Positions 19,414 through 28,762 of a DNA stretch of 64,000 bases are shown piece by piece (the first letter of the stretch is position 1; each line of letters starts with the position of its first letter). Position numbers and translations under genes: made by a program. The DNA is from a virus: positions 32,001 to 96,000 of the IMG/VR virus record IMGVR_UViG_3300045988_144418; one strand, 5' to 3'. The notes under the pieces are model-generated. The model did no database searches and had not been told where the DNA came from. It saw nothing but the letters and a program-made list of their open reading frames with translations.

Positions 19414-20423
19414 GTAAAATAGTTCCAAATGACAATTTGACGTACCTCTTCTATTGGTGCTGTGAACGAATGAACATATTCTGGAAGCGGTATAATGGAG
19501 AGCAGTATCCATGGACTGATGATGAGATATTACAGCAGTATAAGTTCACAAATGTGTATCGGGTGCTGGATAGGTCAAGTCAGTATATGCTTCGTAACGT
19601 TATCTATAATGGTAAGCAGTATTCTCCGGAGGATATGTTTTTTCGTATTTTACTTTATAAGCATTTTAATCTTCCTGACACGTGGGGTGCCCTGATTAAG
19701 GAGTTTGGTGATATTACATACGACACCGGATGGGAGAACATTGCACGTTTTCTGGATGATAGAGGTAGACAGGACATCACCATCTATTCTAATGCCTTTA
19801 TGTTGACAGGGTGGTTTTATTCTCTTCCGGAGTATGCTAATATTCGTGGGACTTCAAAACATCGTGGATATTTTGAGGTGTTTAAGCGTCGAATTTTTGA
19901 TAATGGTAAGATTGATGCTTTTCTCAGTGCTGCAAGTTTTGAAGAGCTTTTTGGTATGTTTAAGGAGCTTGAACCATTTAGCGACTTCATGTCACAGCAG
20001 TATTGTCTTGACATGAATTATTCCCCTTTATACAACTTTACTGAGAATGACTTTGTGGTTGTCGGCCCTGGAAGTAAAAGGGGGATTCAATTTGCATTTA
20101 AGGGGGATCATAGAGATGACGGTGAAGTTGTTATCAGGTGGATGCAGGAGCACTTTGAGGAACTGATGACAAAGTTCTGTCAGGATTCAGGTATGATTTG
20201 GAATCCATTGCCGTGGGAGCCAGTGCCTACACTGACGAACATTCAAAATTGTTTTTGTGAGCTATCAAAGTATGCTAAATGTATGGGTGTGCAGTTTAAG
20301 AAGAATACTAAAGGTAGGATGAAAAATCTTTATACTACACCAAAATCAGAAATTTCTTATATGTTTCCACGGAAATGGAATGTTAAGATGCCGTTAAAAG
20401 GGCAGATAGAAACTTATAAATAA
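19410..20423 (+). CDS. alpha-glutamyl/putrescinyl-thymine pyrophosphorylase (aGPT-Pplase)-like DNA base hypermodification protein
   Basis: N-terminal ERMNIFWKRYNGEQYPWTDDEILQQYKFTNVYRVLDRSSQY matches my memory of the conserved aGPT-Pplase N-terminal signature (W.D..L..Y+F.NVYR..D+.T/S); not verified by search. Confidence 0.5.
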   Translation: MSKIVPNDNLTYLFYWCCERMNIFWKRYNGEQYPWTDDEILQQYKFTNVYRVLDRSSQYMLRNVIYNGKQYSPEDMFFRILLYKHFNLPDTWGALIKEFGDITYDTGWENIARFLDDRGRQDITIYSNAFMLTGWFYSLPEYANIRGTSKHRGYFEVFKRRIFDNGKIDAFLSAASFEELFGMFKELEPFSDFMSQQYCLDMNYSPLYNFTENDFVVVGPGSKRGIQFAFKGDHRDDGEVVIRWMQEHFEELMTKFCQDSGMIWNPLPWEPVPTLTNIQNCFCELSKYAKCMGVQFKKNTKGRMKNLYTTPKSEISYMFPRKWNVKMPLKGQIETYK

Positions 20424-20432
20424 AAAACGATT

Positions 20433-21560
20433 ATGGATTTTGTATTTGATAATCTTAGTCAGGCTTTTGTTGGGCTTTTAAGGGATCTTAAGGCTTTTGG
20501 TACTTGGACACAGAGGGGAACCAATTCAGCAGGAAATATGTGCTTGGAATTTCCAGAGCCAGTGCTTATAAAGATATATAATCCACTGAATAGATATGTT
20601 TTTGTTCCGGAGCGCAAGTGGAACAAGACGTTGGGGTGGATTGAATCACTCTGGATTGCCAGAGGTGACAACTCGCTTGAAATGCCGTCAGCCTATGTCA
20701 AGAACCTGTTGACGTTCTCCGATGACGGTGAGACAATGCGTGCAGGATACGGCCCGAGGATTCGTGCCTTTGGTGGTCATCTGTGGAAGAAAGGTGTTCG
20801 ATTTGAAGAGGGTTCACCGCTATACTGGATGAAGCAGCAGTATGATTCCAGATATGGGAATGGTACGGTTGCCGTTGTGGATCAGTTGAAATTTGTGATT
20901 GACAAATTTAAGCAGGATCCAACCACGAGGGAGGCTGTCATTACGATTCATGACCCTATGGCTGATGACTTCAGTGGCAAGGAGATTCTTAGAACGAAGG
21001 ACACCCCTTGCACACGCTCCATTCACTTTATGATCGTAGATGGCAAGATGAACTGTTACGTGGATATGAGATCTAATGATCTGTTCTGGGGCTTCAGTGC
21101 TGTCAATGTCTTCAATTTCACTTTGATGCAGGAGTATGTCGCCGCGATGGTGGGTGTGCCTGTGGGGGTATATTATCACAAAGTTGATAATTTGCACATG
21201 TACGAAGGATCTTTGCCTATGGCTAGGAATATTACTTCTATTTATGGAACAATGGCAGCAGTTGAAAAATGGTCTGACTTATATAGTTTTGATGAGGAAT
21301 TAGATTGGCACGGTTATAAACATACATTTACCACATTGGAGGTCTTTGACAATCTAATAGCGTTGCTATCTGAGTTTGAGCGTGGGATGCGTGGTGTCGA
21401 TGATTTGCCGTACAGCAAGGATGAAGCTCTGGAAACAATGAACATGATGTTTGGGGGTGAGCCGATGTTTATGGACTGGGCAAAGGTTATCTATCGTAAG
21501 TGGTCAAAGGACACGACCGTGACATTTGACAATCCGTATCTGACAAAGTTATTTGTCTGA
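20433..21560 (+). CDS. thymidylate synthase (ThyA) homologue; candidate dUMP hydroxymethylase
   Basis: ThyA-fold motifs VDQLKFVIDKFKQDPTTREAVITIHDP, catalytic-Cys context DTPCTRSIHF, MRSNDLFWGFSAVNVFNF; about 110-aa C-terminal extension relative to typical ThyA. Confidence 0.7.
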   Translation: MDFVFDNLSQAFVGLLRDLKAFGTWTQRGTNSAGNMCLEFPEPVLIKIYNPLNRYVFVPERKWNKTLGWIESLWIARGDNSLEMPSAYVKNLLTFSDDGETMRAGYGPRIRAFGGHLWKKGVRFEEGSPLYWMKQQYDSRYGNGTVAVVDQLKFVIDKFKQDPTTREAVITIHDPMADDFSGKEILRTKDTPCTRSIHFMIVDGKMNCYVDMRSNDLFWGFSAVNVFNFTLMQEYVAAMVGVPVGVYYHKVDNLHMYEGSLPMARNITSIYGTMAAVEKWSDLYSFDEELDWHGYKHTFTTLEVFDNLIALLSEFERGMRGVDDLPYSKDEALETMNMMFGGEPMFMDWAKVIYRKWSKDTTVTFDNPYLTKLFV

Positions 21561-21665
21561 AGTTACTTTGTAGAAACCATAAGAACAGCCGTGCAACCTC
21601 TGGTCGGGAAGCCTGTGATAGGTAAGGAGGAAGTTCGAGACTTCTCACGGCTGCAAGAACTAAAT

Positions 21666-21683
21666 AAAAATGATTTCGTTATG
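21666..21683 (+). promoter_or_regulatory. start-codon-abutting motif (AAAAATGATTTCGTTATG)
   Basis: Recurrent motif ending in the ATG. Confidence 0.35.
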
Positions 21684-22220
21684 AACTACAAAAAGATTGA
21701 CTATCTACTTCAGATGAAGCAGATACAGAGACTTCCAAATGTCCCCCATCATAGAAGTTATAATATTCTTGAGCACAGCTTTGTAGTCGGTATGCTTTTC
21801 AGGTGGTTTGCTTCCGCCTGTGATGTCTCCTACGATATAAATGTGTGGGATAAGGTGCTTATGCACGACTATCTTGAAGCATTTACAGGGGATTTGAACT
21901 TTGTTGTTAAGAATTTGACAGAGAAGACATCAAGTGCGTGGGCGACGATAGAGAAGGAGGTCTGTGATCATGACACTGTTTTGAATCATTATTCTGATGA
22001 AGCCATAAAGTCCGCCATGACGGAGGAGCAGCGCATTCTCTTTAAGGTGTGTGACTATCTTGATTTGTGGATTTTCTGCAAGCAGGAGGAGGCACTTGGT
22101 AATACCACGATTGGAAACAAGACCGTTATAGATAACTGTAAGAAGCTCATCTATGGTCTCTGTGGGCAGGATAGAAAGTGGTTTCCTATCTTTGATTTTA
22201 TGTGCAAATATACAGCGTAG
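21681..22220 (+). CDS. HD-domain phosphohydrolase (YfbR-like 5'-deoxynucleotidase candidate)
   Basis: H...HD...E..GD pattern: NILEHSFVVG ... LMHDYLEAFTGD; ATG 21681 abutted by AAAAATGATTTCGTTATG motif. Confidence 0.65.
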   Translation: MNYKKIDYLLQMKQIQRLPNVPHHRSYNILEHSFVVGMLFRWFASACDVSYDINVWDKVLMHDYLEAFTGDLNFVVKNLTEKTSSAWATIEKEVCDHDTVLNHYSDEAIKSAMTEEQRILFKVCDYLDLWIFCKQEEALGNTTIGNKTVIDNCKKLIYGLCGQDRKWFPIFDFMCKYTA

Positions 22221-22222
22221 CT

Positions 22223-22885
22223 ATGGATGAAAGAACCCCAGTTGAGATATATGCCTTTGTCGGGGTGATTGGCTCCGGCAAGAGCTATCGGCTTGAGCAG
22301 ATGAAGAGAGAATACAATGGTGTCGGTCAGGTTGTCATTACCGCTGACTTTTCAGATGGTATTCGAGATCTAACACGTCAGCTTTTGGGGTATGGTGCTA
22401 ACTTCGGTGATGTGAATTCACAGGAATATCGTGACTGGAAGGAGAACGTGGCCTGTGTGACAGTTCACAATGGAGCGGTGGTGAATTCTTTCACTGGACG
22501 TGATGTGTTGCGTAATGTGGGAGAGTCCACGAAGTGTATTGCAGGTCAGAACGTGTGGGCGAGATATACGACACAGTCCTTATATTCACGCATAGCGTAT
22601 CAGGCATTTCGCTCTGATTTATGTGTGAGTGGTGTTCGGGTGCTTATAGGGTCAGTGCGATTCAAGTGCGAGGCTCGGAGCATATTTGAGCTCTTTAGCG
22701 ATGTAGCAGCCAATATGGATAGCTTTATGAATCCGTCCTTGCACTTTATATTCTGCGACTATCACTCGTCGAGCTATGATGCGGCAAGTGGTCACGTCAG
22801 TGAGGCACTTGCACAGATCGTGTTGAATACAGGCAAGTACAAGGATGGTGATGATATCACCGAACTGATAGACACAATGGTATGA
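22223..22885 (+). CDS. P-loop NTPase; deoxynucleoside-monophosphate kinase candidate
   Basis: Walker A GVIGSGKSY 15 aa from the ATG at 22223; lies between the HD hydrolase and the polymerase. Confidence 0.4.
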   Translation: MDERTPVEIYAFVGVIGSGKSYRLEQMKREYNGVGQVVITADFSDGIRDLTRQLLGYGANFGDVNSQEYRDWKENVACVTVHNGAVVNSFTGRDVLRNVGESTKCIAGQNVWARYTTQSLYSRIAYQAFRSDLCVSGVRVLIGSVRFKCEARSIFELFSDVAANMDSFMNPSLHFIFCDYHSSSYDAASGHVSEALAQIVLNTGKYKDGDDITELIDTMV

Positions 22886-25800
22886 GACAGGAATTTGAAC
22901 AGTATCTACAGAGGAACCTGATGTCATATACGGAGGTCAGTCCTTATGTGTATGAAATAGATGGTAGGACATTCGAACTCTATAAGCCTGACAATGATGG
23001 CGCATTGTTTGACGATGACTTCAGGTTTACAGGCATTCCGGCCAATTTAGCGAGATACACCTCCACTGAGAAAACGGTGGACACACAGTGTGACTTTTAT
23101 GCCTATAAGTTTGGAGGAGTGTGGTATATGCTTCCAAGGGATGATAGAGACAAGGTTAAGTTGAAGCGCCTGAAATATCTTGGGGAAGCGGTGCAGGAGA
23201 TTCCAACACCTGTCTTTATGGGTGTTCATGGTCAGTATGAGATTATGTCGGGCTCCGGAACGTATGCTGATTGGTGTGCAAAGGCGAAGTTCTACGGTGT
23301 TACGACACTTGGTATCTGTGAGAAGAACACTTTGTCGGGTGTCTTGAAATTTCAGGTGGAATGTCAGAAGAACGGCCTGAAGCCTGTTATCGGGATGGAA
23401 TGCACTGTATATGATATTGTCAAGGACTTTAGGTTCACGGCCAAGGTGTTTGTCAGAAATGAGGTGGGTTGGCAGAGCATCCTCACTATGTCGGAAGCCA
23501 TTAACTGTGATAATCCTGGGTATATTCTCATTGACCAGTTTAGAGAGGAAATAAGCCGAAATGCGGAAGGATTGGTGGTGGTTGCAGACCCCAAGACGAC
23601 TGACTATGACAAGTTCGCTGAAATCGGTCTAAAAATAGATTACTATCAACTTGACCCTGTTAGATATGCGGAAGAATCTCGTGATGAAGTGTATTTGAAG
23701 AACCTGAGAAAATTTTATCATAGTGGTATGCTTGCTCTTCCTATGGCTGATGCTTGGTATCTGGACGAGGAGTATAGCTGTATCAGATCGAGACTTGCAA
23801 GCATAGGTGGATCTAACTTTTATGACAGTGATGATCAGTGGTTTAAGCCGAATGATGTATTGTTCTGTCAGCTTGCTGACATGTTTCCAAGCACGGATGA
23901 TGGTCTGGGGCTTGCGTACCAGGACTTTTTAGATGGGCTTGAAAGGTTGATGGATCTTGCTGATAGCATTGGCTTTATCGTGGACACAACCAAACGCCAT
24001 CTTCTACGCTACATTATGACAGAGGATGAAGCCGCTAAGTATGTCACCAATGAGGATATGTTCTGGGGGCTTATTGACGAGGGACTTCAGCGGCATCCTG
24101 AGCTGATTGAACAGTACGGTGAGGATGTGGTGATGGAACGCATTGATAGAGAAGTTGGTGTAATTAAGTTGGGGGATACAATCGATTACTTCCTAATTAC
24201 GAGGGATATTGTGAATTGGTGTCATCATAATGATATTATGACAGGTATATCCAGAGGTTCGGCAGGAGGGTGTCTTATCTCGTATCTTCTTGGGATCACA
24301 AAGTTGGATCCAATAGGCTATAATCTACTTTTTGAGAGGTTTTTGAACGAGGGTCGTGTAAAGAAAAGTCTTCCTGATATAGATACGGATTTCCCTGGAG
24401 AAGACCGAGGAAAAGTCAAGCAGTATATGGAACAACGATTTGGGGAGGTTAATGTCTGTTCTGTGGGTACTTATTCCGCCTTGCAGCTGAGAGCGGCTAT
24501 CAAGGACATGTCTCGTGTGTATGGGCTGGAGTTTCAAGAGGTGAATGATATGATGAAACTCTTTGCCGTGGATGATCGTAAGCCTGAAGACCTGTTTAGG
24601 ATAGCGTGTGCACAGCCACGTGTGAAGAAGTTTGTTAGAGAGCATTCTGACTTGGTGAATGAGGTGATGCTGATTATGCCAGCCCCCAAGGCACGTTCCG
24701 TTCACGCCTGTGCCACTATGATATTTCCGAAGGAGCACGATATGTTTCACTGGACACCTATTCGCAAACAGAACGGAGAGTATGTGACTGAGTGGGAGGG
24801 TGGTGAAATGGACGGTGCAGGATTTCTGAAGAATGATATCTTGGGTATTAAGCAGCTTGATAAATTTCAGAATATGGTGCGTCTTGTCAAGGAGAACGAG
24901 GGTGTTGATGTGGATATTTTCAATGTGCCGCTTGACGATTCAGAGGTGTATCGTTACTTTCAGAACGGCTGGACGGAGGATAATTTTCACTTCGGCTCTC
25001 GTGGTTTGACAGGCTACTGTAAGGAGATGAAGCCTGAAAACATAGAGGACTTGATTGTGGCCATCGCCCTGTATCGTCCTGGAGCAATGGAGAACGGCTT
25101 CCATACGGAGTATGTTAAGCGTAAGGAGGGTGCGCCTGTAAGTTACTTTGTAGGTTCCGAGGAAATTCTTTCCAATACTTATGGGATTTTCTGTTTTCAG
25201 GAACAGATCATGGAGTTGTGTAAGCATCTTGGGGGGCTTTCACTTGTGGAAGCTGATGACGTGCGAAAGGCGATGGTGAAGAAGAAGTACGAAGCACTTC
25301 ATCAGTATCATCCAAGATTTGTTGACAACTATGTGACACAGTTCGGTGTCACGAATGAATATGCTGAAAGTGTGTGGGATGCTATTGACAAGGCTTCCAC
25401 TTACCTGTTTAACCGTTCTCATGCTGTCGCCTATGCTCTTACTGGCTATATCTCGCAGTGGATGAAAGTACACTACCCAATAGAATACTGGAGTGTTGCG
25501 TTCAAGGAAGCGATGACGGAGGATTACCCTCGCTATATTGCTGAGATTAACAAGACAGGTGTCTGCACGGTGAGGTCTGTGGATATCAATCTGTCGGGAA
25601 CAGGCGTGTATATTGACTTTGCGGCCAGAACGCTCTATTGGTCTGTCACAGGCGTTAAGCAGGTGGCTGAAAAGGCGGCTACACAGATACTCAAGGAACG
25701 TGATGAGAATGGTAGGTATTGGTCTTTGGATGACTTTGTGACACGACATAAGTGGAAAGGGTCAGCGGTGAACACGAGGGTTGTGCAGAATCTTATTCTC

Positions 25801-26364
25801 GCAGGGGCATTTGATGACGTGGAGAACATCACTGATGCCTCTCAGAGGGTGGAACTATTGATATCCTATCTTGCTTCCACAAAAAACAAGTTGAATGAGA
25901 CTGATCCTATTATAGCAGGGTTTGACATTCACAGGAATGATGCTTGGTGGTGGCAGCTTATGCAGAAGAAACTTTCAGGGCTTGCATTCTTTGACTATGC
26001 AGGTCTTTATGACAAGGTGAAGCAGTTTTTCCCTGTTGACTATGAGTATTATACCTTTGAGGAATGTAGTGACGTGGAATATCGTCCTAACAGGGGATAT
26101 GTCATTGTTGGTGGGTATGTGTCAGCGATAGACCTGAAAAAAACCAAGAAAGGAGACATTCTATGCCGTATAACACTGGAGAACAACTATGAGTTTCTGG
26201 ACTTGGTTGTATTCCAGACGGAATATGAGCGGCTTCAGGAGGAGATTGCTGCAAGCAAGGATAATATCGTGCTTTTGAATGCAACACTTTACTATGACGC
26301 ACGGAATGATAAAAACGCCTTGCGTGCTGATATGGAGACATCCATTGTGACATTTAAGTTATAA
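22882..26364 (+). CDS. dnaE: DNA polymerase III alpha subunit (DnaE family, C-family polymerase)
   Basis: 1160 aa; N-terminal PHP region (FMGVHGQYEIMSGSG), palm/fingers signature GISRGSAGGCLISYLLGITKLDPI...LFERFLNEGRVKKSLPDIDTDF, ALYRPG, FNRSHAVAYA. Confidence 0.9.
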   Translation: MRQEFEQYLQRNLMSYTEVSPYVYEIDGRTFELYKPDNDGALFDDDFRFTGIPANLARYTSTEKTVDTQCDFYAYKFGGVWYMLPRDDRDKVKLKRLKYLGEAVQEIPTPVFMGVHGQYEIMSGSGTYADWCAKAKFYGVTTLGICEKNTLSGVLKFQVECQKNGLKPVIGMECTVYDIVKDFRFTAKVFVRNEVGWQSILTMSEAINCDNPGYILIDQFREEISRNAEGLVVVADPKTTDYDKFAEIGLKIDYYQLDPVRYAEESRDEVYLKNLRKFYHSGMLALPMADAWYLDEEYSCIRSRLASIGGSNFYDSDDQWFKPNDVLFCQLADMFPSTDDGLGLAYQDFLDGLERLMDLADSIGFIVDTTKRHLLRYIMTEDEAAKYVTNEDMFWGLIDEGLQRHPELIEQYGEDVVMERIDREVGVIKLGDTIDYFLITRDIVNWCHHNDIMTGISRGSAGGCLISYLLGITKLDPIGYNLLFERFLNEGRVKKSLPDIDTDFPGEDRGKVKQYMEQRFGEVNVCSVGTYSALQLRAAIKDMSRVYGLEFQEVNDMMKLFAVDDRKPEDLFRIACAQPRVKKFVREHSDLVNEVMLIMPAPKARSVHACATMIFPKEHDMFHWTPIRKQNGEYVTEWEGGEMDGAGFLKNDILGIKQLDKFQNMVRLVKENEGVDVDIFNVPLDDSEVYRYFQNGWTEDNFHFGSRGLTGYCKEMKPENIEDLIVAIALYRPGAMENGFHTEYVKRKEGAPVSYFVGSEEILSNTYGIFCFQEQIMELCKHLGGLSLVEADDVRKAMVKKKYEALHQYHPRFVDNYVTQFGVTNEYAESVWDAIDKASTYLFNRSHAVAYALTGYISQWMKVHYPIEYWSVAFKEAMTEDYPRYIAEINKTGVCTVRSVDINLSGTGVYIDFAARTLYWSVTGVKQVAEKAATQILKERDENGRYWSLDDFVTRHKWKGSAVNTRVVQNLILAGAFDDVENITDASQRVELLISYLASTKNKLNETDPIIAGFDIHRNDAWWWQLMQKKLSGLAFFDYAGLYDKVKQFFPVDYEYYTFEECSDVEYRPNRGYVIVGGYVSAIDLKKTKKGDILCRITLENNYEFLDLVVFQTEYERLQEEIAASKDNIVLLNATLYYDARNDKNALRADMETSIVTFKL

Positions 26365-26380
26365 CTAATACACACGAATT

Positions 26381-26911
26381 ATGATAATTACAACACACTT
26401 TGCGAATGTTCCGGTGGAACTGGAGACAAACGGCTTTGACGGTCGAATAGACATAGACCGCCTGACAAGTATTGACTATCAGAATCTGTTCGGAGAGGCC
26501 GTCACCGTAAGTGCCCTCCTTAACAAGGTGGGTCTCCTGAGAGCGGAAGCCGAAAAGGCTGTGGCTGAGAAGAAACTGGAGAAGGACATCTATGAAGCCG
26601 ACAGGAAGAAATTCTATCGTAGACAGGCGCAGAAGAACGGTGGTAAGTTCTTCTTTGACAATGACGAGATAAAGATGTCAGAAAAGGCTCTTGAGGAGGT
26701 TATTCTCCTTGATGAGGACTATCAGCAGCTGTCCTGTGAACTTATAGAAGCCCAGAAGAACTTCGCCATTCTGGACACGTTACAGTGGTCAGTGCAGGAC
26801 AAGAGCCGCAAGCTGAACAATCTCCTGAAGCCTGTCACTCCAGCGGAGTTTCTGCAGGAGCTTGTGGAGGGTGAAGTGAACTCCTTCCTAATACGTAAGA
26901 AAGGATTTTGA
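26381..26911 (+). CDS. hypothetical coiled-coil protein
   Basis: 176-aa ORF downstream of dnaE. Confidence 0.6.
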   Translation: MIITTHFANVPVELETNGFDGRIDIDRLTSIDYQNLFGEAVTVSALLNKVGLLRAEAEKAVAEKKLEKDIYEADRKKFYRRQAQKNGGKFFFDNDEIKMSEKALEEVILLDEDYQQLSCELIEAQKNFAILDTLQWSVQDKSRKLNNLLKPVTPAEFLQELVEGEVNSFLIRKKGF

Positions 26912-26929
26912 AGAATTCCTGATAAACTT

Positions 26930-26960
26930 CTTGGATATTCAAGAAAATTGACTACCTTTG
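26930..26960 (+). promoter_or_regulatory. early promoter cassette P2
   Basis: CTTGGATATTCAAGAAA ... TACCTTTG, then the conserved leader GTAATCATTAAATCA. Confidence 0.65.
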
Positions 26961-26985
26961 CAGTGTAATCATTAAATCACACGTT

Positions 26986-27249
26986 ATGAAAACACTTACA
27001 AGCAAAGAAATTGCACAGTTGATTCAGGAAAAGGTTCAGGATCGCAAGATTGAGTTAGGTGTTAACTTTACATATTACGATAAGATTCTTAAAAAGGATC
27101 GTTCAGATGTTCTTTGTGCAGTAGATTATTTATATAGAGGTAATTGCTGTCATGTCGGTGTTCAATTATTGAATGAAGGGTGGGTTAATTATAGGGACTT
27201 CAACTATTCAGATAGAAGACAGCTTGAACTGTTCATTAGGAATGCTTAA
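26986..27249 (+). CDS. hypothetical small early protein
   Basis: 87-aa ORF 26 nt after the -7 box of promoter cassette P2. Confidence 0.6.
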   Translation: MKTLTSKEIAQLIQEKVQDRKIELGVNFTYYDKILKKDRSDVLCAVDYLYRGNCCHVGVQLLNEGWVNYRDFNYSDRRQLELFIRNA

Positions 27250-27291
27250 TGAGAAATCGTTTATTTATTAACAAATTCATAACAACGAATT

Positions 27292-28707
27292 ATGGCAAGT
27301 TTTAACAGAGACAGATTTAGGGCTACTCCCCTGTCAACGGTGAATTCAACTGTCACCGAGACGAAGCAGTACGACACCTTTTACGGTGGAAACAGTGATT
27401 ATGCACCGTTCTTTAAGAATGTGGAGGGCGTGACCGTCAAGAGGGTGCTTCCAGCGCACGAGCCTGGAGACAGCCCGTATGTTCCTATGATGACCTCAAT
27501 GCTTGAGTGTGAGGTTGAGGACAAGAAGGACGGTGTGGTTATTGGCAAGAAGATTGCCAAGAAGAAGATCTTCATCGCCACGCTTCATGCAGGGTCAAAG
27601 TATGACATCATTGATGAGTACATCAAGAGGGTCTATGCCCTTGCAGAGCAGTATCAGGACAAGGACGAGCGTAGCCGCTTCCTTAACCCCATAACTGGGT
27701 ATCGTATGGGCAAGCAGTGGGTGTCAGGAATTCGTCCACAGCTGGAGTACGTTTACTATGCGCTTATCAACGGTCAGATCTATAGGGACAGCCTGAAGCC
27801 GAAGCAGATGGAAGCCCTCAACAAGGAATCCGCTGAGATGTGTGCTCAGGATGACACAGCCGCAATCGACATCTTCAGTGACCCTACGACTGGATATCCT
27901 ATTCAGTGGTCACGTGAAAAGGATGAGAACGGCAAGACGGTTGAGGTGCTCAAGGCATTGCCGCTCCCTCGTACAATGTCCTGGGATCAGTACTTTGAGA
28001 AGTATGCCGTTCCTGACAGGGTGCTGGAGGATCTTCTCAAGCTTCCTTCCCTGAAAAGCCTGTATGTCGGCTCCTATCGCAAGAAGGACTTTGAGTATGC
28101 ACTGGATGGTCTGAAGAGGTTTGATCAGAACAATAACTACAACATCTTCGCTGATGAGGACTATCTGGACTACATCGAGCGAGCGGAAGCCGAGCTTTCC
28201 AAGAAGTGGGGGTCAGAGGGTGATGATTCAGCCTCACAGCCACAGGCAACATCTCAGGTGGAAACTTCAGTGAAGCCGAAGCCTCTTGCAAAGAAGCCGA
28301 CGGCTAAAAAGGCCGCTCCGGAGGAGACGAAGGAGCCGACGCTGGAGGAGAAGTTGAAAGTAATCAACGAGGAGTTCGTTAGGCAGTACGGCAACGAGTA
28401 TGAGGACATCACCGCTGATGTCCTTGGTGATGACCTTGATTCCACCTATGCTCTTGCAGTCAAGAAGGAGGATCTCGGTTACGACCTTGACCATGTTCCT
28501 GGATGGGACGCAAAGCCTGAAGTTCCTGCAAAGCCGAAGCCAAAGGCAGCACCAAAGGTGGAGGAACCGAAGTCGGAACCTGAAGCAGCCCCAGAACCAC
28601 AGCCGCAGACAGCAGCCGCTCCACAGCCATCAGGCAACGCAACGGCACAGTCCGCTCTTGAACGAATCAAGGCTATGCGTGAGAGAGCCAAGCAGAACAA
28701 GCAGTAA
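27292..28707 (+). CDS. hypothetical protein with Pro/Glu/Lys/Ala low-complexity C-terminal third (ssDNA-binding role possible but unsupported)
   Basis: 471-aa ORF between polymerase and recombination genes; the low-complexity tail creates multiple shadow ORFs; followed by a strong terminator. Confidence 0.6.
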   Translation: MASFNRDRFRATPLSTVNSTVTETKQYDTFYGGNSDYAPFFKNVEGVTVKRVLPAHEPGDSPYVPMMTSMLECEVEDKKDGVVIGKKIAKKKIFIATLHAGSKYDIIDEYIKRVYALAEQYQDKDERSRFLNPITGYRMGKQWVSGIRPQLEYVYYALINGQIYRDSLKPKQMEALNKESAEMCAQDDTAAIDIFSDPTTGYPIQWSREKDENGKTVEVLKALPLPRTMSWDQYFEKYAVPDRVLEDLLKLPSLKSLYVGSYRKKDFEYALDGLKRFDQNNNYNIFADEDYLDYIERAEAELSKKWGSEGDDSASQPQATSQVETSVKPKPLAKKPTAKKAAPEETKEPTLEEKLKVINEEFVRQYGNEYEDITADVLGDDLDSTYALAVKKEDLGYDLDHVPGWDAKPEVPAKPKPKAAPKVEEPKSEPEAAPEPQPQTAAAPQPSGNATAQSALERIKAMRERAKQNKQ

Positions 28708-28726
28708 CAAAGTGATGGTATGATTG

Positions 28727-28755
28727 AGGGGTGGCTGAAACCACCCCTTTATTTC
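28727..28755 (+). terminator. rho-independent terminator
   Basis: aggggtgg-ctgaaa-ccacccct followed by ttatttc. Confidence 0.75.
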
Positions 28756-28762
28756 AATTCTT

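Noticed and set aside
21563-21680. Track ORF extension 21591..21680 upstream of the HD gene, and an 8-bp long-range stem (cagccgtg ... cacggctg)
   Set aside because: The extension starts at a non-ATG codon, and the recurrent start motif points to ATG 21681. The stem has a loop of about 55 nt and is too weak to call as a structured element.
22882-26364. Possible intein in DnaE or in the DnaB-like helicase, both common intein hosts
   Set aside because: Both proteins are of ordinary length. Their conserved motifs are contiguous, and there are no Cys...HN-Ser/Cys/Thr junction signatures.
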